A stretch of DNA of 64,000 nt, from IMG/VR virus record IMGVR_UViG_3300032241_000649, positions 1-64,000 of that record. One strand, 5' to 3'. The stretch is from a virus. Both the position numbers and the translations under genes were made by a program. The notes beneath the pieces were generated by a model. The model searched no databases. It was not told where the DNA came from and saw only the letters and a list, made by a program, of their open reading frames with translations. Below are positions 45,786 to 55,005 of this stretch, in pieces. How positions within the stretch are numbered: the stretch's first letter is position 1; each line of letters starts with the position of its first letter.

Positions 45786-46145
45786 TTAGTATGAAGTGCC
45801 AATTCCTTGATCAAAGCTTTGTGTGCTTCGGACCACTGATGGGGAGACAATACGACCATTAGCTTGAGTTGCTGCTGCTGATGGTTCTGTCTGCTTCATA
45901 TAACGACCCTTGATTGTGTGAGCTGCACCCATCTTCTCCATTGCTGGAGTCTGTTGTACATTCGCACGATTTGCTTTTGTGCCAGGAGCTGTTGGATCTC
46001 CAGCTGCTGTGTTCTTCTTACCCATAAGTGTTCCTGATGCTGGCTTTGAAGACGGTGAAGTAAACTTCAATGCTTCGCGGCCCATTGAGGAACGGCCTTG
46101 TGTATTTTCTGCAGCTACTGCTGCATCCAAGTCTGACTTTGCCAT
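45786..46145 (-). CDS. Hypothetical low-complexity protein
   Basis: ORF track. Confidence 0.6.
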   Translation of the reverse strand: MAKSDLDAAVAAENTQGRSSMGREALKFTSPSSKPASGTLMGKKNTAAGDPTAPGTKANRANVQQTPAMEKMGAAHTIKGRYMKQTEPSAAATQANGRIVSPSVVRSTQSFDQGIGTSY

Positions 46146-46187
46146 GTTGGTACCTAACTGTTAGAGAGCTCTTGTTCTAAGGGTATA

Positions 46188-46469
46188 TCAAATGGAGAAA
46201 ATTGTAAATACTATTGCAGAGATCTTTCCATCCCTTGAATCCACGGTGGTAAACCCTGGGATACAGGCGAGACGCATACCTCTAGGGGCTACATAGCCAC
46301 TAGCGATAGCAATTGACTTTACCGCCTGGTTTACTGCTGAAGCGCCTACGGCGCGTACTTTTACCTGGGGAGACTCATATAGAGCGTGTGCAATAGCTGA
46401 GCCTAACGATTGAGCGCTAGAACCGGCACCTGCACGCAGGATGTTTTCTTCTTCTTTTACTTCGTTCAC
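46188..46469 (-). CDS. spoVS: SpoVS-family (Alba-like) protein
   Basis: GSAIA...RAVGASAVNQAVKSIAIASGYVAPRG...CIPGF...ISAI. Confidence 0.88.
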   Translation of the reverse strand: MNEVKEEENILRAGAGSSAQSLGSAIAHALYESPQVKVRAVGASAVNQAVKSIAIASGYVAPRGMRLACIPGFTTVDSRDGKISAIVFTIFSI

Positions 46470-46518
46470 GAGTTGTAGTCCTTTAGGTTCGATTTGTATG
46501 CCCGCCTAATGGAATATA

Positions 46519-46866
46519 TTACGGTGTATCGCCGTATCCCGCATCCCTAAGTAGTTTTACAAAATCTTCTAGTCTAAGGATGGTCACCCATTCCCCTATA
46601 TTGACCTCTCCCTGCCCGTTTAAGCGGAGAACAGCAACGGGTAGGTCTTTACCATTAGACCGATCCTTAAGCTGCTTAATGACCGTGCTAGGGCTGAAAT
46701 CTTTGCGAGCTTTAACCTCCCAGTCAATGCCCACAGTGCCGGTAATATCTGTACCAGGGCGACCAGCTCCAGTAGACTCAGCAAAAGGAAACCCATGCTC
46801 AGCTAAATAATTCGCTACAACCTTTTGGGAACGATAGCCCCTATGCTTTCGTGATTGACTGGGCAC
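46519..46866 (-). CDS. PD-(D/E)XK Holliday-junction resolvase-like
   Basis: RKHRGYRSQKVVA...GTDITG...WEVKAR. Confidence 0.75.
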   Translation of the reverse strand: MPSQSRKHRGYRSQKVVANYLAEHGFPFAESTGAGRPGTDITGTVGIDWEVKARKDFSPSTVIKQLKDRSNGKDLPVAVLRLNGQGEVNIGEWVTILRLEDFVKLLRDAGYGDTP

Positions 46867-47092
46867 TCTTGGTCTCCTCTAAGTAATCATCTAGGATCTT
46901 TTGGTTCTCGTGCAGTTCTTTCTTTAGTACCTCTACATCTTCTGGACTCATCTGATCCATATTCTCTAAGAGAATAGTCTTTCCCATTTCTAATCCGGCA
47001 GCAAATCTAGCCATGTTCTGCTTTTTGCGCTCCGCAAGAAAGGAAGTCTGCTCGGCCTTGCGTTCCGCAATCTTATCTTGTCTCTTACTCAT
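46841..47092 (-). CDS. Hypothetical protein
   Basis: ORF track. Confidence 0.55.
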   Translation of the reverse strand: MSKRQDKIAERKAEQTSFLAERKKQNMARFAAGLEMGKTILLENMDQMSPEDVEVLKKELHENQKILDDYLEETKSAQSITKA

Positions 47093-47201
47093 TATAGTTC
47101 CTTCTCATACCCACATTTTGTGCATCTAACCTGCCACATAGACCATTTAGGATCAATGACTTCCCATAAGTAGTTAAAACAAAATAGATGTTTTAAACGT
47201 T

Positions 47202-47693
47202 TCATGTTGTAAACCTTCGGGACCTTGAACGCATGCCGCCACCGTCTGATGTGCGGCGGGTAAGCTCACGAGATACAAGCTGTCCGTCTCTATCAATGTT
47301 CTCTGTACGAGTCTCTATGAGCTTACGGAATGCATACTTAACATCTAAGTCATGCTGTAGCGACTGAATGTTAGGGCTAGAACCAATGATAGCTTTTACA
47401 ACTGACACACGGTCTGCGCCCTTAGCACCAGTCCAGTTAGCCATCATAGCGGCATCGGTAGCCTGTTTAAGAGCAGTTTCAGCCTCCCGCTCGTTAATGT
47501 CAGCAATAGCTTTAGCACCAGCTAGATGGGCGCTCCACTGTGTGTATTGAACGAAAAGGTCCATAAGACCTTCATCATCTAGCTCTGTAATATCTCTAGG
47601 CAAGCTAGGGATATCAAACTTAGGTTTAGGTGTTAGTGGAAACCCTAATTTATTTAGAGTATCTACCGCCCTATCAGATATAGAAAGACTCAC
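47202..47693 (-). CDS. Helical hypothetical protein (possibly a recombination mediator)
   Basis: Coiled helices ending SRELTRR; recombination context. Confidence 0.5.
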   Translation of the reverse strand: MSLSISDRAVDTLNKLGFPLTPKPKFDIPSLPRDITELDDEGLMDLFVQYTQWSAHLAGAKAIADINEREAETALKQATDAAMMANWTGAKGADRVSVVKAIIGSSPNIQSLQHDLDVKYAFRKLIETRTENIDRDGQLVSRELTRRTSDGGGMRSRSRRFTT

Positions 47694-48534
47694 AGCGCTT
47701 ACATCCTTTCTCTGGATTATGACTGCATACAGGTGGTCGCTTGTTCTCTACAGCCCAAGCTACATCTCTGGCCTTTTCAAAGATTTCTGCAGTGTACTCA
47801 GGAGAGTACTGAATTACAAATTCTTTATAGTCTTGATTTGCTTTAAGTTCATAGATAAAGACAATCTCTTTGGGTGCTGATTCAAGCAAACCCTCTTCAA
47901 CCATCAAATGGCAAAGATGTAAGTAAACCTGTCCTTGAAGTTGGTGAGCACGAAACGGCATCTTGATGTTCTTCCAAGCCTTCTCAATATCACCTTCAGC
48001 TTGTGCGAGAATAGCTGGGGCCTCGTACCGAAGAGTTCCGGAACCAATAGACTTGATCTCAATTAGAAAGTCATCTCCAAGACCTTTAACCCAGCCATCT
48101 GTATGCCCAGCCATCATGTGCTTAGCACTTGTTAATGGGAACTCAGCATAGGCATGTGTTTTAGATACTTCAGAAGCTAGAAGTGGTCCTACCTTCTTGT
48201 TGCCCTTCTTCCAATAACCATAGAGCACACCCATTTCTTGCAACCAAGTCTGCCATTTAGCGTGGATGACATGACCCTCAGCAAAAATAGAAGACATGCG
48301 TAATGCCGGCTTATCTCTTACTTCTGCGTAGTCACCTAGTAGTGCGTGGTATTGTGCAAGTGCACACCACTCATCTTTAATAATATCTGAGGGGTGGATT
48401 ACTGCCATATTACGCTCATCAAACGGCTTAGATATAACATGGCGTTCAATAGCGCCCATTAATCTTGAAGGACGCTTGTTAGCCTCTAAGAATGCTTTTA
48501 AATCTTTACTGGCAATCGTCTTAGGTTTGCCCAT
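47674..48534 (-). CDS. Cas4-like PD-(D/E)XK exonuclease
   Basis: HPS..C, GHTDG, IEIKS, Q.Q.Y, C-terminal C...CKRC. Confidence 0.8.
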   Translation of the reverse strand: MGKPKTIASKDLKAFLEANKRPSRLMGAIERHVISKPFDERNMAVIHPSDIIKDEWCALAQYHALLGDYAEVRDKPALRMSSIFAEGHVIHAKWQTWLQEMGVLYGYWKKGNKKVGPLLASEVSKTHAYAEFPLTSAKHMMAGHTDGWVKGLGDDFLIEIKSIGSGTLRYEAPAILAQAEGDIEKAWKNIKMPFRAHQLQGQVYLHLCHLMVEEGLLESAPKEIVFIYELKANQDYKEFVIQYSPEYTAEIFEKARDVAWAVENKRPPVCSHNPEKGCKRCESFYI

Positions 48535-48859
48535 ACTTTCTGCCCTCTTTCTCTAACCACTGGTCTAAGGTAATACCTTGCTTAGTGATCTTACGTTGTA
48601 CAGCGTTACGTTCTCTGTGAGACATACCGCCAAATATTCCATGTTGCTCATCATTTATTATAGCTTCTTTAAGACACTCTTGTCTAACCGGGCAAGGAGA
48701 CTTGCCATCTTTACCCCAGCAAATTGCTTTAGCCCTATCAGCTATAGGTTTGTAAAGCGCTTTATCTCTTGGAGGAAAGAAAAGCTCTGTGTCTTCTCCT
48801 TGACACTTAGCCTCATATCGCCAAGTCCAGGAGGGATCGTCACTGTAACGGAGTACCAA
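48521..48859 (-). CDS. whiB: WhiB-family transcription factor (2)
   Basis: WRYEAKC...LFFP...AKAIC...CPVRQEC...GIFGGMSHRER. Confidence 0.9.
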   Translation of the reverse strand: MVLRYSDDPSWTWRYEAKCQGEDTELFFPPRDKALYKPIADRAKAICWGKDGKSPCPVRQECLKEAIINDEQHGIFGGMSHRERNAVQRKITKQGITLDQWLEKEGRKYGQT

Positions 48860-49207
48860 TTAATCACCTTGTTCATTGTGGCCCCCCACTCCCTTATTGT
48901 ACATCGCATCTGTTAATTCATGAAAATGGTGCTCCTGGATGATCACGTAGTCTTGCCCATCTAGGTGGAAAGCAAGCACTGGCTCACGACTATCTAGGAT
49001 GGCCTCGGTAGTGATCTTATCTAGGATAGTAGACTGGATACTGAAAGACTTCTTGCTAGTCCACTTATGCTCAAAGAGGTAGTGGTCATTTCTGACGTCA
49101 CCCTTGCGAGACCAAAACGCCCCAGAGCCAGCACTGCGTTGGCCACCCGTTAGGGCAGCCAATCGCTTTTCATGCTTTAGGGATTGTTTTTGTCCCTCAC
49201 TCTTCAC
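48860..49207 (-). CDS. PD-(D/E)XK nuclease/resolvase-like
   Basis: HEKRLA...SGA...KGDV...FEHK. Confidence 0.7.
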   Translation of the reverse strand: MKSEGQKQSLKHEKRLAALTGGQRSAGSGAFWSRKGDVRNDHYLFEHKWTSKKSFSIQSTILDKITTEAILDSREPVLAFHLDGQDYVIIQEHHFHELTDAMYNKGVGGHNEQGD

Positions 49208-50258
49208 TATCTGCCTCGTTTAACATCAGTATTGGATTAGCCCGTAAAGTATCCATAACTGCTTTACTAATCTCTGCAGCTAGATCAACCTCTTCACGAA
49301 GAGAGTCAATAAGAGCCTGAGCCCCTTGCCACTTGCGATCTTTATAGTACATCCAACCGCCACGGCGCTCCACAATATCATTGAGGATAGCCAAGGCTAC
49401 GATTTCTTTACCTGTGTCATAACTACCAGCATCAATGGGACCGCCATCGGCAAAGTAGAAATCCAAGTAAGCAGTTTGTTGTGGAGGGAAGGTCTTGTTC
49501 TTTATAGTACGGACACGGATCGTCTGCCCCACGCGACGCTTTTCCTGTCCGGTGCCTACCTCGAGCCAATCATCGCGCTTTACTTCGCAACGAATGCTGT
49601 AGGCATAGTCTTTGCCAAGACCTCCCGGGGTTGTACGAGGATCGCCGTGCATGACGCCAATCTTCATACGATACTGATTGATCATAATACCTAATACAGG
49701 ACGCTCTGCCTCTACTAGATCCCGCTTAGTAGCAGAAGCTACTTTACGGAAAAACTTATTTGTTATAAGGGCTCCTCGTCCCACTGTAAATTCTTCCATG
49801 TGCTTTTCGTCTTCCGCACTAGGTACAAGAGCGGGAAGAGAATCAACAACGACCATATCAACAGCTTTACTTTCCATGAACTGAATAACCGCATCGAATG
49901 CGTCCTCCATACTATTTGTTTCTACTAAGATAACGCGGTCTGTATCAACCCCGCATAGAGCTGCATACTGTGCGTCAAAAGCCTCTGCAGCGATCCAGAC
50001 AGCTGTGAAGTCTGGATTGATTTGTTGGTTTGCACCTATGGTGCGTAGAGCAATAGCAGTCTTACCGTGAGAAGCCTCACCAACTAACTCCACCCAATGA
50101 TTCATTGGCCATCCTCCACCAAGGACTACATCCATGGTTAGAGAGCCTGTTGTGATACGCTCTGGTAGACGGACTTGGCTAGCTAGTACCACAGTACCAG
50201 CTCCTACTTTTTTATTGATATTTGCTACAACTTTTAGAGCCTCTGCGTTAATAGCCAT
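49197..50258 (-). CDS. recA: RecA recombinase
   Basis: TGSL..D..LGGG, GEASHGKT, VVVDS, INQ.R.KIGVM.G.P.TTPGG. Confidence 0.93.
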   Translation of the reverse strand: MAINAEALKVVANINKKVGAGTVVLASQVRLPERITTGSLTMDVVLGGGWPMNHWVELVGEASHGKTAIALRTIGANQQINPDFTAVWIAAEAFDAQYAALCGVDTDRVILVETNSMEDAFDAVIQFMESKAVDMVVVDSLPALVPSAEDEKHMEEFTVGRGALITNKFFRKVASATKRDLVEAERPVLGIMINQYRMKIGVMHGDPRTTPGGLGKDYAYSIRCEVKRDDWLEVGTGQEKRRVGQTIRVRTIKNKTFPPQQTAYLDFYFADGGPIDAGSYDTGKEIVALAILNDIVERRGGWMYYKDRKWQGAQALIDSLREEVDLAAEISKAVMDTLRANPILMLNEADSEE

Positions 50259-50653
50259 TATCCGATCCTATCTACGATTGTTCCAGGGTTAAATCCTCCG
50301 CCTTGTCCTACTTGCTTTGCTGCTTGAGTAGGGCCGGAAGAACTTCCACCAGGCATACCAGCACCGGAACCTTGCTGGATTACTGGGTATCCGCAATCAT
50401 AACAACGCATGCGCTGTGTACCTTGCGGAGCAAAATAGTTACCACTATTACACTCAGGACAACGGTCGTTCATCCTGGCTGTTCTAGCTTTAGATACTAA
50501 TTGATCATTGTCAGGATCATAATTGACCTGAACGTTAGGTTGCTGTGCAGGAGGGGTATACGGCACACTTGGTGCAGGACCTACTGCAGGTGTAGGACTT
50601 GAAGAGCTAGGCTTTCCGCCTAACTTATTAGCCCACCAGTCATTACTTGCCAT
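50258..50653 (-). CDS. Zn-ribbon protein
   Basis: CPEC...RCYDCGYP. Confidence 0.65.
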   Translation of the reverse strand: MASNDWWANKLGGKPSSSSPTPAVGPAPSVPYTPPAQQPNVQVNYDPDNDQLVSKARTARMNDRCPECNSGNYFAPQGTQRMRCYDCGYPVIQQGSGAGMPGGSSSGPTQAAKQVGQGGGFNPGTIVDRIG

Positions 50654-51074
50654 GTTTTCCTCCAGTTACTTTTACTAACCCTAAGTTAGTTAGAGTTGAT
50701 ATACAAGATATTGTTGCTGATAAAGAGACTAATCTAAATAGCTTAGTCATCTCATCCATATCAATACCTTCTAACTTATCTAAATCTTCTTCATCTGTAA
50801 ACATATACGCGGCTGCAGCAATCTTAGAAGCGATGTCTGCATGAGAATCTATAAAGGGAAGTATATGAGAGAACACCTCAATACGATCTTGACTAGCACG
50901 CTCTTCCATCTCAGATACTTCTTCTGAAATGGGAGGGAGCCCTAGCGCCTCTGCAATAGACTCAGCGGGCTCTAATAGGGAGTCATAGATAACTTGCCTA
51001 ATTAGAACTGGCAAAGGTACCTGTACCATTTTCATGGCACGTTCCCTATCTCTACGCTTCTTCTTGTTAAACAT
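50643..51074 (-). CDS. Hypothetical protein
   Basis: Start probably MFNKKK (TAATG coupling). Confidence 0.6.
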   Translation of the reverse strand: MFNKKKRRDRERAMKMVQVPLPVLIRQVIYDSLLEPAESIAEALGLPPISEEVSEMEERASQDRIEVFSHILPFIDSHADIASKIAAAAYMFTDEEDLDKLEGIDMDEMTKLFRLVSLSATISCISTLTNLGLVKVTGGKHGK

Positions 51075-53062
51075 TACTTTGCATCTCCCCATCTATCTGC
51101 AACGCTTACTTCGGCTAGTAGTGGGATGCTTAGGGCGTTGATACCTTCCATCGCTTGACGAATTGCTGCCTCTGTTTCCTCAACTAAGTTTTCTGGAGTA
51201 ACAGTTACAAGCTCATCATGAATTGTAAGAATTAGGCTTGCCTTATCAGGAATCATCTTATGTGCCCGAATCATAGCAAGCTTAATAAGATCTGCTGAGG
51301 AGCCCTGAATTACCGTGTTAAACGCCTGACGTTCGGCTTGGGCGCGTTCCCACATAACACCTGACCTTAGGTTAGGTAAATAACGGCGACGTCCTAGATA
51401 GGTCTTAGCATAAGGAACAGGCCCTCTGCGACGAGCATCGGTAATGATCTGTTTCTTGTAGCGCATAACTGTAGGAAACTTAGCAGCAAATGCATCTAAC
51501 AAATCACGAGCTTCGGAGACACTACAGCCAATATCTGCAGCTACCTTGTCTGGACCAACACCATACATAACAGCAAGGAATAGTGTCTTACATTTAGGGC
51601 GGTCATCAATATTCATGAGCTTACCCATAGTTACGTAGACATCTTCCCCATTTAAATAACCCTCGCACATAAGGCGATCCCCGCTGAAGGAGGCGGTAAC
51701 ACGTGGCTCGATTTGCGAGTAGTCAGCCACGATCATCTTATAGCCCTCCGGAGCAACGAAGAGGTTACGGATCGCCTTACCGTTTTGAGTCTTTGAGTTA
51801 GGGATATTCTGAAGGTTAGGGTTGCGTGAAGCAAAACGACCCGTTTCAGCACCATACTGAATGAAGTCAGTATGGATCTTTCCCTTTACTAGCAGACTCT
51901 TCTTAGCAACAATCTTAGACTTGCCCGATGTTGTACGGGTAATATCCCCGCCAAGATATGGAATTACATACGTAGTAAGAAGCTTGTTTAAATCTGCATA
52001 ATTTAGTAGGGCGTCAACAAATACGTCTTTACCCTGAAATATTTTAAGAGCAGGCTCAGAAACAGAATAATCTGAGATGTCTAGCTCATCACCGCGCTCT
52101 TCTTTAGCCTTACCTTTAGGAGTAAGAGCATTGCGGCCTTTAGGTCGTAAGCCACGACCACCCTCTGCTTTTTTAAAAAACAGAAGTTTTTGCTTTTCTG
52201 GGATACTGTTAATATTAAATGCCTTACCAGCTAAACGGTAAATAGTAGCCTTAGTTGTCTCTAGCTGAACTTCAAGCTCTGCTTTTAACTTTGTTAGTTG
52301 GCTAACATCAATGTTTGCTCCATGAAGCTCCATATTACAGATAACCTCAAGTACGTCCATCTCAAGAAGAAACAAGCCCTCAAGATTATCACGATCAAGG
52401 TCCTTTTCATATTTCTGCCAAAGTTTCCAAGTCCACTCAGCATCTAAAGCAGCATAGGTAGCAACTTCGTCAAAGCTGTATACCTCAACCTCTTTACCAA
52501 CACCTTTGACCATCTTGTACCCAAATTCACGCTCTAGGCAGTCATCAAGACCAAGACCTAAACGGTTTTGGCTGTTAATAATAAACGCCGCATTTAAGGT
52601 ACAAGCGTACGGCTGCGCTGGCAGGCCACCAATATACTTGGCAACACTCTGCAAGTCGAACTTTAGATTATGTCCGATCTTTACCTTGTCACTAAAAAAT
52701 AAAGGCTTTAGAGCCTTGAACACTTCACCAGGTGTAAGTTGTTCAGGCCCAGGAGTAAAGATCTTTGTAGCTTTGCGCTCATCTTTACTGTAATCAGAAG
52801 GACGAATAGGAAGACCTTTAATAATGCGGTCTTGAGCAGATGGAAGCAATGGAAAATCAGTGCGGATGTACTCACCATTAGGGTGCCCCATAGGGATAAC
52901 ATCAACGCGGCCCTCAGTAGCAAAAGCAATCCACATAACAGAATTCTGTCGCGGATCTCCACGATGTGTACCAACTGTTTCTACATCGTAGACAAAAGCG
53001 CTTACCTTATTGTAGGCAGCGACAAACTCGTCTAGTTGCTCACTAGTTGTAATAATATTCAT
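51074..53062 (-). CDS. polA: Family A DNA polymerase with 3'-5' exonuclease
   Basis: DVET, HNLKFD, YAALD; TGR..S..PNLQNIP, ADYSQIE, K..F.A.MYG, IHDEL. Confidence 0.95.
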   Translation of the reverse strand: MNIITTSEQLDEFVAAYNKVSAFVYDVETVGTHRGDPRQNSVMWIAFATEGRVDVIPMGHPNGEYIRTDFPLLPSAQDRIIKGLPIRPSDYSKDERKATKIFTPGPEQLTPGEVFKALKPLFFSDKVKIGHNLKFDLQSVAKYIGGLPAQPYACTLNAAFIINSQNRLGLGLDDCLEREFGYKMVKGVGKEVEVYSFDEVATYAALDAEWTWKLWQKYEKDLDRDNLEGLFLLEMDVLEVICNMELHGANIDVSQLTKLKAELEVQLETTKATIYRLAGKAFNINSIPEKQKLLFFKKAEGGRGLRPKGRNALTPKGKAKEERGDELDISDYSVSEPALKIFQGKDVFVDALLNYADLNKLLTTYVIPYLGGDITRTTSGKSKIVAKKSLLVKGKIHTDFIQYGAETGRFASRNPNLQNIPNSKTQNGKAIRNLFVAPEGYKMIVADYSQIEPRVTASFSGDRLMCEGYLNGEDVYVTMGKLMNIDDRPKCKTLFLAVMYGVGPDKVAADIGCSVSEARDLLDAFAAKFPTVMRYKKQIITDARRRGPVPYAKTYLGRRRYLPNLRSGVMWERAQAERQAFNTVIQGSSADLIKLAMIRAHKMIPDKASLILTIHDELVTVTPENLVEETEAAIRQAMEGINALSIPLLAEVSVADRWGDAK

Positions 53063-53080
53063 TGCGCTCCTCAGGATTGA

Positions 53081-53124
53081 TGCTGAGGGCCCGAAGAAAG
53101 GAGGTCAAAACCGGGCCCTCAACA
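53081..53124 (-). promoter_or_regulatory. Hairpin upstream of polA with an anti-Shine-Dalgarno loop
   Basis: 14 bp stem; loop TTTTGACCTCCTTTCT. Confidence 0.6.
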
Positions 53125-53135
53125 ACGATGGTTAC

Positions 53136-53831
53136 TTAGTTGCTAGCTGCAAACTCACGAGCAATCTCAGCCAACTCAGCTTGCGTGGAAGTCTGGAGAG
53201 CTTCAGTTCCAAGCGGCTTAGCGGACTTGACTAACTCAGCAACAGCAACGGGATCAAGTTCCCATTCCTCAGCGAGATCGCGTTCCTTTACAGGAACAAC
53301 GGAGTAAGAAGTCTTGGTGCCTTGACCAGACTTGCTTACTGCCCAATAAAGATCAGCACGATTAAGAGGACCTGTCTTCGGATTTGAAGCAAGCTTCTCA
53401 AGCTGACCGCATAGGCGTACCCCGACAGTCATTAGTTGTACCTCAGGATTTTCATCTGAGATGTTAAGTACGGTGAAAGCAAACTTAGGGGAAGGAACAC
53501 TTCCTGCCTTAATTAGTGGATCGTTCTCACCGGTGCTGATAAACGACTTTTTACCTGGACGGTTAACCCAGTGTTGCATAAAAGCAAGTGGTTCATCTGT
53601 AATAAACTTAATTAGTTGGACATCTTCATCAAACTTGAAGTCTGTTGCGAATGTCTTTGATTGAGAGCTTGCTACCTTCTTTGCTGCTGCCCAACCTTTT
53701 TGTACAGAGGACGAACGAACAGGTGTTTCATTCTCGTCTTCTGCTTCGAAGAGTTCTTCTTCTACTTCATCTGAGCCGTAAGAATCTACGTTAGGTACTT
53801 CTTTTTTGATCTTTAGTGATGAGGCGCTCAT
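53136..53831 (-). CDS. Single-stranded DNA-binding protein (gp32-like)
   Basis: Position before polA; IKF...QHW...KSF, YWAVSKSGQGTKTSYSV. Confidence 0.6.
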   Translation of the reverse strand: MSASSLKIKKEVPNVDSYGSDEVEEELFEAEDENETPVRSSSVQKGWAAAKKVASSQSKTFATDFKFDEDVQLIKFITDEPLAFMQHWVNRPGKKSFISTGENDPLIKAGSVPSPKFAFTVLNISDENPEVQLMTVGVRLCGQLEKLASNPKTGPLNRADLYWAVSKSGQGTKTSYSVVPVKERDLAEEWELDPVAVAELVKSAKPLGTEALQTSTQAELAEIAREFAASN

Positions 53832-53891
53832 GGCGCTCCTTTCGGTTGTTAGTTGATAGCTAAGCTCGGGTGAGCTTTTACGCTAGGTTGA

Positions 53892-54365
53892 TTACGCAGT
53901 TTCCTGATCGTGAATTGTCTTCCAGTTCTCCATTAGTTCAAATGATAGTTCCGGATAACGATTCCAATCAATCCTGGGAGCATCTATGAGCTTCCTAGAC
54001 TCGAAACTTTTGATAGCTGACTCGATCATTGCTCTGGAGTACATACGCCAACCTGGCTTCTTTACTCCGTCTACAATCATTGACCTTAGGCGATAGGGTG
54101 CACGTGGTATATAACCTTTTCGTTCCCAAAGCCGTAGAGTTACTATCGGTCTGCCTAATGCTTGGCACAATGACCCTGCACTAAACAGTTCTACTGTCTT
54201 ACCATTAGGTAAGGCTTTTACCTGTGGATTTGCATCCCAGGAACCTTCTTCCGCCTTTTTCTTCTTCTTATCCGCAACTATAGGATCTATAGGACGGCGC
54301 TTCCTTTTAGACCCAGGATAATAATCATCTAAACTTCCAAAGAAGTCCTCGACCTTATCCTCCAT
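53892..54365 (-). CDS. MerR-like HTH protein
   Basis: FSAGSLCQALGRPIVTLRLWERKGYIP...RMYS. Confidence 0.75.
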   Translation of the reverse strand: MEDKVEDFFGSLDDYYPGSKRKRRPIDPIVADKKKKKAEEGSWDANPQVKALPNGKTVELFSAGSLCQALGRPIVTLRLWERKGYIPRAPYRLRSMIVDGVKKPGWRMYSRAMIESAIKSFESRKLIDAPRIDWNRYPELSFELMENWKTIHDQETA

Positions 54366-54366
54366 G

Positions 54367-54804
54367 TTACGCCTTTACAGGTATAAATGCAAAAGTAACC
54401 TTCTTAGGAAACATTATATCAATTTCCTCTTCGCTTAGCAACCCGTCGTAAAGACATGCCATAACTTCGTCTTCTTTAAGTACAGGCTCCATTACATAGC
54501 AACGGTCAAATAGACCTTTATCTTTAAGGAGTTTCTCAGCGGTTTCTGAATCAAGGTATTGTGAAACCTTGCGCTGGCGTTTTAGGGCTGTATACCCATC
54601 AATTTCTTCTGGGAGCTGAATGTACAAGCTTCCTTTTTCATCAGGCTCACCGTCTGTATCTACTATGTCTGATAGCTCTGCTTTAAGCAGATCACGTTGT
54701 GCAGTTAGATCGTCTACACGATTGCGTAGCCCAAGAAATTCCCGCACTTTGACAAGGAACGGATCTTCAGTCTTAGGTGCTTCTCTTGTAATTACTTTTG
54801 GCAT
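54367..54804 (-). CDS. Hypothetical protein (Gam/gp157-like coiled coil)
   Basis: N-terminal coiled coil; replication context. Confidence 0.5.
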   Translation of the reverse strand: MPKVITREAPKTEDPFLVKVREFLGLRNRVDDLTAQRDLLKAELSDIVDTDGEPDEKGSLYIQLPEEIDGYTALKRQRKVSQYLDSETAEKLLKDKGLFDRCYVMEPVLKEDEVMACLYDGLLSEEEIDIMFPKKVTFAFIPVKA

Positions 54805-54823
54805 CTCTTACCCCCTATAACCT

Positions 54824-54852
54824 ATTATAGACTATAACTCAGGAGAATGCAA
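54824..54852 (-). promoter_or_regulatory. Sigma-A-type promoter for the SSB/polA operon
   Basis: TTGCAT-N17-TATAAT on the minus strand. Confidence 0.6.
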
Positions 54853-54993
54853 ATCCTTAATATAGGCTTTTAAAGCCTCGATGATAACGTCAGTTACTGT
54901 ACGTTCTTCGATAGCTGCTTTGTCCTTAACGGCTGCCCATAGCTCATTAGACACACGGATAGTACGTGTTGGGGTTTTAGGTGCGTTTGGCAT
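54832..54993 (-). CDS. Ribbon-helix-helix DNA-binding protein (not in track)
   Basis: MPNAPKTPTRTIRVSNELWAAVKDKAAIEERTVTDVIIEALKAYI. Confidence 0.8.
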   Translation of the reverse strand: MPNAPKTPTRTIRVSNELWAAVKDKAAIEERTVTDVIIEALKAYIKDLHSPEL

Positions 54994-55005
54994 AGTGACA
55001 TAAGT

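Noticed and set aside
47674-48534. CRISPR-Cas system
   Set aside because: Solo Cas4-like nuclease in a recombination cluster; no array or other cas genes.
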